Assembly: GCF_009914755.1 (NCBI RefSeq)
Contig: NC_060944.1
From: the human T2T-CHM13v2.0 reference genome, Homo sapiens
DNA length: 64,000 nucleotides
Strand: one strand, 5' to 3'
The notes beneath the pieces are model-generated. The model was not told the DNA's origin, made no database searches, and saw only the letters and a list, made by a program, of their open reading frames with translations. The position numbers were made by a program, and so were the translations under genes. The first letter of the stretch is position 1. Every line of letters starts with the position of its first letter. Positions 40,556 to 64,000 of the stretch are shown here, piece by piece.

Positions 40556-40871
40556 TGAGAACAGAACTGAAATTGAACATAAGCCACCATTAATTATCAT
40601 CAGTAATGTATTTAAGAATATAAGGCATAATTTTAAGTTACACTAAAATAAATATAAATGGCTTGACACAAGTAAACATTCTTGCTCAACCCTTGATACC
40701 CTCTAGGGATGGATCTGAAGATCCATCCCCTAGACACATGAATATGATTTTTCAAATTATTATTATTACAGTTTTATAGAGACAGGGTCTTACTCTGTTG
40801 CCTAGGCTGGAGTACAGTGGTGTGACCACGGCTTACTCCTGGGCTCGAACTCCTGGGCTCCAGAGATCCTC

Positions 40872-41604
<733 letters not shown>

Positions 41605-41659
41605 TCCTCTCACGTAGCTGGGACTAGAGGTGTGCGCCACCAAGCTCGGCCTCTGGTTT

Positions 41660-42400
41660 TTCAAATGATATCCCAAATCGGAGCTCCTCTCACCACTTCC
41701 ACTTTGCCACTTTTATTCAAGCCACTAGCCAACAACGTGGGTTATGACAGAAACAGAAGCCTCCGCGCTCCTTTCCTCCTCCAAACTTGCTCACCTTGTA
41801 GGTGACTCTCTATGCTGCGGGATCTGTTAAGGCTTGAGTCAGATGGCAAAGTCTCTGCTCGAGGCCCTCCGATGGTTTCCCTTCCACCAGGAGTCAAAGC
41901 CCAAGTTCTTACCAGGGCCTCCGTGACCTCACTGGGTCTGCCCTGGTTCTTCTCTGGGCTCATCTCCTGCTGTTCTGCTTTTGCTCACTTCGTTCCAGCC
42001 TCTCTGGCCTCCGCGCTATTCCTTCAGGCACATTTCTGCTGTGTGGCTTTTGCACTTGCTTTTCCCTCTACCTGGAGAGCTCTTGCCCCAGATACCCATG
42101 AGTCTCCCTCTCTCCCCTCCTTCCGGTTTCTGCTCCATTCTCTCCATCCCAGAGAGGCTCTTCTTGACCACTCTACCTAAAATATCAGCTTCCTGCAATA
42201 AAATATCAACTTCCTTCACTCTTTATTCTTTTTCCCTCTTAATTTTATTATATCTCCTCCTGACATGTATTTGTTGATTCTTTCCCCACTAGAATATAAG
42301 CTCCACAAAAGCCGCATCTCTGCTCCTCTCCCTGCTACATCCTTAGAGTCAAGCCTAGTGCCTGACCACATCAGTGACATTGGTTGAATTGAATGAAGGA
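41660..42400 (+). mobile_element. L2 relic
   Basis: ctttgcacttgcttttccctctacctgga..., ccactagaatataagctcca, gcctagtgcctgac...ttgaatgaa. Confidence 0.68.
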
Positions 42401-42420
42401 TCAATAAAGGAATAAACTGA

Positions 42421-44788
<2,368 letters not shown>

Positions 44789-45008
44789 TAAATTTAACAA
44801 GAGATTAGGAAAAACATTGCGATTGGAGTTACATAGTTTTTTCAAATCTTTGTATTTTATTATAAGCACAATTAACAATGGTATTCTTCTCAGATAAAAT
44901 ACTTAAATTAATCCAATGATAGGATTTTTGAGAGTAATGTGAATTTGTTCATCATTAAATCAGAAGACAGGCATATTCTATGAAAAGTCTGTAACCAAGT
45001 TTTCCATT

Positions 45009-45379
45009 TGTATTAGTCCATTTTCATGCTGCTGATAAAAACATACCTGAGACTGTGCAATTTACAAAAAAAATAAAAATAAAAAAAGGTTTAATGGACT
45101 CACAGTTCCATGTGGCTGGGGAGGCCTCACAATCATGGCAGAAGGTGAAAGGCAGATCTCACATGGTGGCAGACAAGAGAACAGAAATTGTGCAGGGAAA
45201 CTCCCCGTTATAAAACCATCAGATCTTATGAGACTTATTCACTATCATGAGACTAGCACGGGAAAGACTCACTCCGATGATTCAATTACCTCCTACCAGG
45301 TCCCTCCCACAACACATGGGAATTATGGGAGCTATGATTCAAGATGAGATTTGGGTGGGGACGCAGCCAAACCATATCA
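45009..45379 (-). mobile_element. THE1 solo LTR
   Basis: tgtattagtccattttcatgctgctgataaa...cagccaaaccatatca; perfect 5-bp TSD ccatt. Confidence 0.92.
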
Positions 45380-45610
45380 CCATTCCTGTCCTTTTCTCGT
45401 GCACCCTTCACAGATGTGCGCACTTAGTGCTCTGAGTTCTGAATAAGCTTAGCCATGTGTCCATCAAGATGTGGAGTGGCTCCATCATCCCCAACAGTCT
45501 CTGCCCCTGATGGGCTCCTCCTTCCTCACTTGGACCCTGGCAATCACTGATCTGCCTTCTGTACCTGTAGATTTGCCTTTTCCAGAGAATCACATAATTA
45601 GAAGATAATC

Positions 45611-46050
<440 letters not shown>

Positions 46051-46372
46051 TGTAAATCTTAATTCTAATGTTTTCATCACAGTATCTCATGCCTATTATT
46101 GGCTGTGTGTGGTGTTCCTTTTCAAGTCTCTGGCTTCAACGTCTGCAGGGAGTAAATTTCCCACCTGCTGGGGGTGGGGAGCACCATTACCTGACTATGC
46201 AGGCTCATAAAAGTGGGTCTGGGTTCTAAATGCTCATCAAACAGACTCTCAGCCACTTCTGTTTTCAGCCGCTCTTGCACCCCACCTTTCAGAGGGATTC
46301 TGGTTGATGCAGAGTTTTGTGGCTCAAATAGATTTTCTGTTCTCAGGTTCTTCACCCTGCAGGCACACATAG

Positions 46373-52518
<6,146 letters not shown>

Positions 52519-54544
52519 TTATTGGAGCTTTAAACTCTTCATCTGTCTAATGGGGTTGATTACCCCATTTTTTGCAGAATTGTTAGAAGTTACAGTATTC
52601 ACAGCATATTCGTTGGTTCATTCAGCAGATATTTACTGAGTGCCTGCAGGCTCGGGCACTGTTCTAGGTGCTGGTGATAAAGACGTGATCCAAACAGACA
52701 AAAATCATGGGGTTTACATGCTGGCGAGGGAGAGAGACATGCTAGGCACTCACAGAGAACTATGAAATTTGGACAGCACCCTCTGGTTCAGAAAATAAGA
52801 TCCTGGACCACATCTCTATCCCATATGGTGAAGTTTGTTTGGTTTGGTTTTGATTTGGCTCCTTAAATAATTAGCTTCACTATTACAAAATCTTGGTTAG
52901 CACAAAGTCAGATGAGTGAAAGTGTGTGGATGCTACATAAACAATGCCTGCCTTTTCTAGAATTTCTAGGTGCAATCAAATTGCGAATTAGAGCAAACCA
53001 CCCGTCATAAGCCGCTGCGTTGAGGACCAAGGAATGAATAGCCCAGCAAAGAAATGCTTTCTCTCTCCTGTTTTGAGGAACTCGGGCCCTGTTTTGAGGC
53101 CCTGCACCCTGCAGGCAGGAAAGCGTTAAGAAAGAAATGTGCATTTCCACTGAACAAGAAAATCAACTTAGAAAAGAAATGTGTATTGGAAAATATCTAT
53201 TTGCCTGCAAAATAATGTAAAAATAATGAGCTCCTATTCCCCTTTGATGTGCAGCGCACGCTTTTAAGGAAAGATTCTGCATTTCTGAGATACTGGGCCT
53301 GGCGTGTAATGAAGTGGTTGTTATGGCAACAACTTTCAAAAGCAAGTATTTTCTGAGATGTGCTCCACACAGCCAGCGTGAGAGAGGAAAACATGAAAAC
53401 AGAGACAGGGAGATGAGCTAAACAGAAGGCATTAGATGCGGAGAGCATCCGCTCCAGGTCCAAGGGGGAAGAAAAGTGCCCGCTGCCCCCACTTTCCCAG
53501 CCTGGATTTGCAAAGCTGCAGGGGAAGACAGACCCCTGCCCTGGAAGGGGCCCCTTGAGGAATGGAGCTGGGACAAGGCAAGGTTGGGGCTGAGACAGTG
53601 TGAGACTGTGGAGAGTGATAGGCGGCTTGAGCCTGGGGGCTCCATCACCAGTCCCTCACCACGGCCCCCTCCTCCCAGCCCGACTCCAGCCTCAGCCTCT
53701 GCCCCTCCCAGCCTCCATGCTCTTCATTCATTCCAGGTACCAGTCTTCCCACTGGCAGTCCGGGCCTTCTGCCCATTCCACCCCATCATGTGCCTGGGGT
53801 TCCTGCCAGGCTGGGCATAGCACCAGGAGCCGGCATTCATCACCCTCTTTGCTCTGCACAGCAACCCCAAGTGCCTGGCAAATAGTAGCTGCCCGATCTC
53901 TATTTGTGGAGTCAATAGGTGGTCCTTCTCTGACAGCTACTGCTATTGTCCCCATTTTGTTGGTGAGGTAGTTGAGGCTTGGAGATGTTGAGTGATTTGC
54001 CCCAGCCCTGCAGGCAGCGGGCAGTGGAGCTGGGCTGCCCCCACCCCTGCATCGTGCTGCCTCTCAGTACCCCGATCCCAGCCTCCCTGTCTTTGTTCAT
54101 ACTGTGTCTCTGCCTGGTGCACCCTCTCTTGTCTCGTAAGACCTGACCCAAAGGCCATCCTGTGGCCATGATGTCATGAAAATGCTGCCTCTAAATGAGA
54201 CTCCTGGATGTGTCAGTGTCTGGGGATGGGGTCCTCACTACCTGCTAGGGAGTCTGGGCTGGGCACACATGTCCTGGCGGCTGGGAACTGCCAGGAAGAG
54301 AGCCGCCTCCAGAGGGACCGTGTCTGTCCCATTCACCATGCTCCTCCCCATGCAATGCCGGGCACAGCGGTGACACTCAGGAACCCTTGGGTGAATGAGA
54401 GACTTTGGAACGCAGACAGTTTGGAAAGGTCCTGGTCGGTCAGGTTTTGGAGATCTTTGGGGCTGCCCCAGCCAAAGCTTTCTTGTGATTGGATAACCTC
54501 CTCAAACGCAGCCCAAGCTCATATTTGACAGTGATGGTGAGGAG

Positions 54545-54955
54545 GGGTGCATGTGAGTGTGTGTGGCATGTGAGTGTGTAAACGTGTGTGCATGGCCTTG
54601 TTGGAGGTGATTTGCCTGAAAAAGGAGTCTGGGCTACACTCGTGTGTGCCTCTGTCAGGGGTGAGGGAGATGCGTGTGTGCACAGATTTGAGGAGATCTG
54701 TCTAAAGGGGCATGCATCTCAATATGTGTGTTTCAGGAGCAGGTAGTGTGTGTGTCTGTGTGCGTGTGAATGGCCTTGATTGACAGGACTTGCTCTGTAA
54801 GGGGTCGTATGTTTGTATGCAGGTGTGCCTGCATGAGGGTGTGTCTTGTGTGTGTGCACCTGGTCTTGATGTATTTGTGTGTGTGCATGTGTGAGAGAGA
54901 TGAGCATGTGAAGGAGTGTGCTTCAAAGAGAGGTTTGTATGAACGTGTGTGTATC
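54545..54955 (+). repeat. Degenerate TG-rich low-complexity tract
   Basis: Interrupted (TG)n / tgtgca motifs. Confidence 0.75.
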
Positions 54956-56371
54956 AGGGGTGTACCTGGGAATGTGGGTATAGATGCCGGGGAAGAGCAG
55001 TGGATACATTCCTGGCTGCTGCATTTGTCAGGTAGAGGGAGCCTGTTGAAGTAAATGGGCTGTATTTTTGGTTCTCTGCTGCGAGAGAGCTTCTGGCAGC
55101 TGTGCTGGCAAACCTGTGAGTCACAGAGAGAGAACTATGCCATGATGCTGTCCTCTGGATCATAAAATGTAAGTTAGAGCCAGAAGCAGCCTTGGCAGTC
55201 ACCTAGTTCTATCCCTTGTGTTACAATTGATGGAAAACAGAGAAGGGAAGCAAATTCTCCAGATCACACAGCGAACTCAGGATAGAGCTGGAACTTGGAC
55301 TTGTGTCTGGGTCTGGGACTTCCCAATCCTCCACTTCCTGCTGCCAGGTCCCTGAGGAGGAGAGAGAGGGTTAACCACAGAGTAATTAATACCAGGCACC
55401 AGAGTATTATAAAATTTCATTTCCACTTTAATTAGGGGAACTTAAAAAAATAGAAGTCTTTGTTGTGTCAATTAGTTGATTGACTATCGTTGGTTTCTGG
55501 GTTAGGGAAACTTGATCTGCAGTGAATGAATTTGTTTATCAGGGAAAAGGAGCCAGGGGGTGGAAAGAGAAATTCAATTAAGTGTCAGGCTGCTAAGTGA
55601 CAGGCTGCATTTGATAGAACTTTTAGCTTAATTGCTTGTATTTCATTAAGAGTTTTATTTATCAGGAGCATTCTTCATGTTAAAAATCTCAGGTGGTGTC
55701 TGCGTGGCTTTGGGCTATTTTTCTGCATTGATTAAGGACATTGAATTGTGGACCTGAAGAATTACCTGGGACCTCAGAGACATTCTTGTCCGGGCAAAAA
55801 CCGTCCTTTATCCTAGCTCCCGGGGCTTGTGTCCCCCTCATGCCTCCCCTCCCATAGTTATATCCAAAGTTTAGTAAGTGTTGCATTTCTCTGGGGAGAA
55901 TAATCTGTATTTCTTCTTTAGATTTGCAAAGGGATAGGAGTTGCATAGACAATAATACTCAGCCAGGCTGACCAACTTGTTTGGTTTTGCTCTTTGTTGT
56001 TGTTTTTCTTCCCCATAAAAACACATTTAATTGCATGCATAGTTGTAAAATTGTACATGAAGGCAGTGCTAGAAACTAAGTTACTATTACTTTGCATTAA
56101 CAAAAATGACTGTAAAAATAACTATCCTTGAGAAGAAAATGAGCCTGACAAGATTTAATTTAATTAGAGATATGATTACTATCAGGGTTTTCCAAGAATG
56201 TCATATCAGCTCAAAAGTAGATGCATTTTATTATAAATCAAATGGGTCCTGGTGCCCCAGAGGTATATAAAAAATATACAGCGTGGCTTACTTGAGTTAT
56301 TCTTTTCTGAAGGCCTCCAGACCCTTCTTGTGAGGAGAACTGTCCAATGCATAATCTATAATGGCTATAGA

Positions 56372-56430
56372 AAGGGAGGGAAGGAGGCAGGGAGGGAGGA
56401 AGGGAGGAGGGAGGGAGGGAGGGAGGGAGA
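56372..56430 (+). repeat. (GGAG)n polypurine repeat
   Basis: Directly visible. Confidence 0.9.
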
Positions 56431-57049
56431 GACAACCTGCTGAGCCTTGGGGCTCTATCACCAGTCCCTCACCATGGCCCCCTCTGGCCATCTGTGTGCA
56501 CCTGTGGTCCCAGCTACTCAGGAGGCTGAGGTAGGAGGATCACTTGAGCCCAGGAGGTTGAAGGGGCTCACTTCAATCCCCTCTGGGCCTCTCTGAGCCT
56601 CGGTTCTCTCATTTATAAAGATGACCACTTGTTTTATAAGTGAGAGAACCAAGGCTCAGAGAGGGCCAGAGGTTTTCCGAAGGACACACAGCTAGCTATG
56701 GGCAGAACCAGGACTGGCACTTGTTCTTCCTGCTTCTTTTCCAAGAACCTGGCTCTGTGTGGGGCCTCTGAGTTGCTGGGCTTAAGTCCTTCAGGGACAG
56801 TTCAGCGGGGCAGCCATTTCTTTTCCTTTTGATCTATTAGGGCAGGAGAACAGAGTGGTTAGGACTGCTGTCACCACCTGGGCTTAAATTCTGGATCTTC
56901 TGCTTGTTTTGTGAACCTGGACAAGTGCTTTGACCACACTGGTAAATGGGATAGTAAGATCATCTGTCTCACTTGGCTGTCAGGAGGATCATGGGGTACT
57001 CCATGTAATGCACTTAGACTATACCTGGTACATAGTAAATGCTCAGTAA

Positions 57050-57410
<361 letters not shown>

Positions 57411-57644
57411 TCTAATTCTTAAAAATAATTGAGGAGCATTGTGCTGGACTAAGTAGCTCCCTCTCCAATCAGTTCTTAAGAAGAAATAATTTACTCCAGG
57501 AGATGGGTGGACTCAGACGTGGTCCATGATGAGGGCTGGGGAACCGAGGTTTCCTACCACTTTGAGTTTTTCTCTTCCTGGCACTCCCTTTGGTCCCTGA
57601 TTATTTTTCTTTTCTTTTCTATGGTAAACATCTATTCTGGCTCT

Positions 57645-57826
57645 ATTCTCTTCCTCTTTCCTCTTCCCCACCTTTCCTGTCTTATCTCTCCCTCCCTCCG
57701 TCCCTCCCTTCCTCCCTTCCTGACTCCCTCCCTCCCTCATTTCCTTCCTTCTTCCTTCCTTCCTTCCTTTTTTCCTTCCTTCCTTCCTTCTTTCCTTCCA
57801 TCCATCCATCCACCCACCCACCCATC
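57645..57826 (+). repeat. (CCTT/CCTC)n polypyrimidine tract grading into (CCAT)n
   Basis: Directly visible. Confidence 0.92.
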
Positions 57827-58857
57827 TGTTGGGTGTGGGAGGTGGCTTCTACAGTCTCTTAAGAGCTGATTGTGCCTGTCTGTTTCTGACTCTGCATTTA
57901 ATGATGTCACTTGGTGGCTTGACATCAGCCATGGTGGGAACGTTTACGCCATGGAAATTGGAGAACACTACAAATAAAGGCTTTTTTTGGGATTATTTGT
58001 TTGCTATTTTGAAAACTATTTTTCAGCCTACTGTTTCATCCATCCATCCCTGTATCATGCATCCCTTTCTCTGGATGTCCAGACATCCAACCACCAAACC
58101 ATCATCCGTTGAACCATTCATTCATCTGACATGTATTAAGCACTTCTTGTGAGCCAGGCCCTATACAAGCTCCACTGGGAGGGCAGAATTGGCCGGAGCC
58201 TGCTCCCTGCCCTTGAGGAATTGACACTTTAGTGGAACAGACACCTTACACACTCAAGGACTGTCCTGGACATCATCTCATTTGATGGTCATGGTCGGTA
58301 TTGTTATCTCAGTGTAACAATTGAGGAGATTAAGGCTCAGAGAGGTGAAATGAATGGCCTGAGGTCACACAGCTGGCTGTCCATTCATTTGTTTACTCGT
58401 ATGACAAGGTTTACAGAGGTGCTTAAATCCAGCCAGATGCCAAGGTGAAAACTGATTTTCAAACCTGTCCTTCAGAAATAAACCTTCTTAAAAAAATAAA
58501 AAGAAAGAAAATAAAAGAATAGGGAAAGTTATTTTTCCATCTTGCTTAGATGGGGACAGTTTTGAATTTATTTTTTTCAGATTGAACAATCGTTCCTCAA
58601 ATGGATAGTGATAGGTGATCTAAAAAATAATCTTTAAAAACGTCGCCGAGTTGGGCATTTCCTCTGGGTGACATAACTCAGTGTGACAGAATGCATTTAA
58701 ATTCACAGAAAAGAAATGGCAAGGAGTGCAATGTGGAAGGTGTTTGTGTGGCTGCCAGCTCCTTAACCCTCTCCTTTCACCATTCTTCCCCCTTTCCTCC
58801 ACTGCCCCTGGGCCTGTGGGCACATTCGCTTCCCTCACTGCCTCCAGCCATATGTCT

Positions 58858-58930
58858 ACACATACACATACGCATACGCATACACACACGCATACACATA
58901 CACATACGCATACACATATGCATACACATA
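58858..58930 (+). repeat. (CATACA/CATACG)n alternating purine-pyrimidine repeat
   Basis: Directly visible. Confidence 0.92.
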
Positions 58931-59883
58931 GCAGGGATCAAAAGCACTTCTGAAGATCCTGGGTCCCAGAATGTGGGCAGCTGATAGGCTGGGGGAAGAG
59001 GGTGTGGGTTTCCTAATGGGCCAAAGAAAGAGGTGCCAGGAATGCGTGGAAGATGATGTCTCTCTTTTCTCCAGATTCCTGTCTGTTCCCATTGTATTTC
59101 CATTCCTGCACATGGCCACCATGGTAACAAGGGAAGGGCTTTGCTTTGGGAAGGCCAGGGCCAGGCCAGGTGAGGCTCACGGACAAAGCATCTGCTGGTA
59201 ACTTAGATTCAGCGTGCGAGGAAACCATGCTACAATTCCTCCCTGGCTTGGTGGGTGGCCTCCCTGTAAGAGACAGAACCCCAGGGCCATGCTAGGGTTG
59301 CAGCTGAGAGTGTGGATGGCAGCATGGTGCTCAAGGTGCTAGAGTTTCTTCTTTGTGATATTTTAGTTGTACTTCCCAAGGTATGTTCCATTATTTGCAC
59401 ACTGGTTTCTAGTTTCTGGCATTCTGCATCTGCCATTATGGCTGGGAAGAAAGAAGAGAGTAGAGAACTCCTTAGGGAGGAGAAAGAGGATCTGATGGAG
59501 AGGATGTCTTAAGTCAGCTTTCCTAGATGGAGATTCTTGCAGAATTTTTGCAGAGAGTAAATTATTGCAGATGGGGAGTGAAGGGAGCTGGACATGGTAG
59601 GGGAAGGACCTGAAGCTGGAGATCAGCTTTAACCTGATCCACAGGAAGCTCTGGAGTGTGAATTGTACCACAGATTGGCCCCTACTTGAGGCCAGGGGAC
59701 TGGCATTTGTACTTCCACGTCAGTCACTAGCTACTGGTTGCCACTGGTGGGGATGGGAGTGAGAAGAGAGTAGCTTCCAAGAGGGGGCAGATCTGCCAAA
59801 GTCAAGTCTCTGGGAAAGGGAACAGGGTGAGCCTTCAGGACTCACAAGACCCAGGGGCTGGGGTACTAGTCTGATAAAAGGGG

Positions 59884-60243
59884 TGTTATGGTTTGAATGT
59901 GCCCCCTAAATTTCATGTTGCGGAAACCAAATTCCCAAATCCATATGTTGATTGGAGGTGGGGCCTTTGAGAGATAATTAAGATGAGATAAGGTCATCAG
60001 GCTGGGGCACCCATAATGGAACTGGTGGCTTTACGGGAAGAGGAAACCTGAGCTGGCACACTCCCTGGCTCTCATCATGTGATGCTTTCACCACATTATG
60101 ACACAGCAAGAAGGGCCCCACCAGATGCAGCCCCTCAGCCTTGGATTTCCCAGCCTTCAGAACTGTAAGAAATACATGTTTTTTCTTAATAAATTACCCA
60201 GTCCCAGATATTAAGTTATAGCAACAGAAAGTGGAACAAGACA
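59884..60243 (+). mobile_element. MSTD/MLT1A-type LTR
   Basis: tgttatggtttgaatgt...cagaactgtaagaaata...aaattacccagtc...aagaca. Confidence 0.82.
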
Positions 60244-60489
60244 GGGTGTATGGGTTGGGAAGCAACAGCTACTACAAGGAGAACCTCAATAAGACAGGAT
60301 AAAGGGAGAGGAGGGACTGTTTCCTTCCCTGCCCTGGGGGACTGTGGGAGGAATTCAGCAGCAAGGAGGAGGCACTCTTCACTCACTGCAAAAGTTCACA
60401 GAAAGCCCTCTTTTAATAACTGGGTGCCATCAGCAGGTAGGGGAAGAAACTTGAAAGACACATTCATGAAAGAGAGACCGAGGTGAGAG

Positions 60490-60660
60490 ATGGTTTAAAT
60501 ACTTGCTGCTTTGAGTAAGGCTCCAGGACCAGCATCACCATCATCACCTGGAGCTTGTCCAAAATGCAGGCTCTCAGGTCCCACCTGAGGCTACTGAATC
60601 CAATCCGAAATTTTAACAAGATTCCCAAGTGATTTGTGTATACACTTAAAGTGTGAGATG
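60490..60660 (+). mobile_element. MER5A-like fragment
   Basis: ggaccagcatcac...cacctggagcttgt..aaatgcag..tctcagg.cccac...tttaacaagat.ccca.gtgatt. Confidence 0.65.
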
Positions 60661-61129
60661 TTCTCCTTAGAAAAAAGGTATTACACCAGGAAATGTGCCT
60701 CTTGGCTGGACAGACAGCTGAAGAGTAGCACAATATCTTCATTCGTTTATTCTCTGTTCTTTATTTTGTTTGTTCTTTCAACCCATCACTGTATTGAACA
60801 TCAGTTTTCCAGGCAATGTCCTAGGGAAACAAAGCTTCCTGCATTCCTGGAGCTTGCTGTCTGTGGGGGAAAGCAGACATTGGCCATAAAATAATACACA
60901 TAGTTTATTACAATTGTCATAAGTATTACAAAGAAAAAGTACAGGTGACAATAACAGCATAACACAGGGAAGCTGACCTGGTCTGGGGCTTACGGAAAGC
61001 TTTTCTGAGGAAGCAACATTGAAAAATGGGCGACAGCCATGTTCTAGGCAGAGGGAAGAGCCCATGCAAAGGTCCTGAGGCAGGAAGAAGCTCTGAGACT
61101 CTGAGGATGTTTTAAAAAATTCCAGTCCT

Positions 61130-63015
<1,886 letters not shown>

Positions 63016-63476
63016 TCAGTTTTTAATCTGAAAAATGAGAATAATTATACCTATACCCAAGGGTTATTGTGGGAGGTAAATGAGACAATATGTATAAAAC
63101 ACCTGGCACGGAGCTCAGTCAATATTAATCACTTTTCTTCTTTTATCCTTCCTTCCTCACTCATCACATACATTTTTTTCTACCTTGGTTTCTAAAGCCT
63201 TCTACATTCGAGTACACCAGGCCTGTGTTCACCTGTTACCCAGGTGCTGAACCCAATGTAGTGCATGTCCAGATTGGAACCTGGCTGCCCCAGGCAAGGG
63301 TGCCACACACAGGAGAGTGAGTCATGTTGTGAAATGAACACTAGTCTTCAGGTCAAGTGGACCTTGATTCGAGTCTCATCTCTGCTTCCCACTTGCTTGG
63401 GATCTCAGGTAAATCAATGCACCTGCCAGGGCCTCAGGCATTCATCTGCAAAGTGAAGCATCAGGTGATTCTGCTC

Positions 63477-64000
<524 letters not shown>

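Noticed and set aside
59777-59790. CTCF-like CCAAGAGGGGGCAG
   Set aside because: Two core mismatches, no upstream motif and no CpG retention; not supportable without ChIP data.

Overview
Human (primate) genomic DNA, very Alu/LTR/L1-rich. From recognition of the encoded proteins it is the chromosome 20q13.12 MYBL2-GTSF1L region, running into the gene-poor interval towards TOX2. It holds the last three coding exons and 3' UTR of MYBL2 (B-MYB, + strand, 203-3690) and the convergent, intronless GTSF1L gene (148 aa, two CHHC zinc fingers, PIWI-cofactor paralog, - strand, 13448-13894). The remaining ~50 kb is intergenic: about 50 Alus, several solo LTRs with visible target-site duplications (TSDs), DNA-transposon and L1/L2 relics, a CpG-rich strong CTCF site (~37.1 kb) and several repeat-free, motif-dense enhancer candidates. 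I found no convincing new protein-coding system. The most unusual sequence-level observations are: a rare SVA2-like VNTR retroelement with a perfect 12-bp TSD (10.3-10.5 kb); a cluster of locally templated insertions (27-30 kb); a candidate in-frame exitron in GTSF1L that would delete its aromatic PIWI-binding segment; and GTSF1L's poly(A) signal apparently supplied by an L1 relic. Repeat family names are from recalled consensus sequences and repeat boundaries are approximate unless a TSD is quoted.
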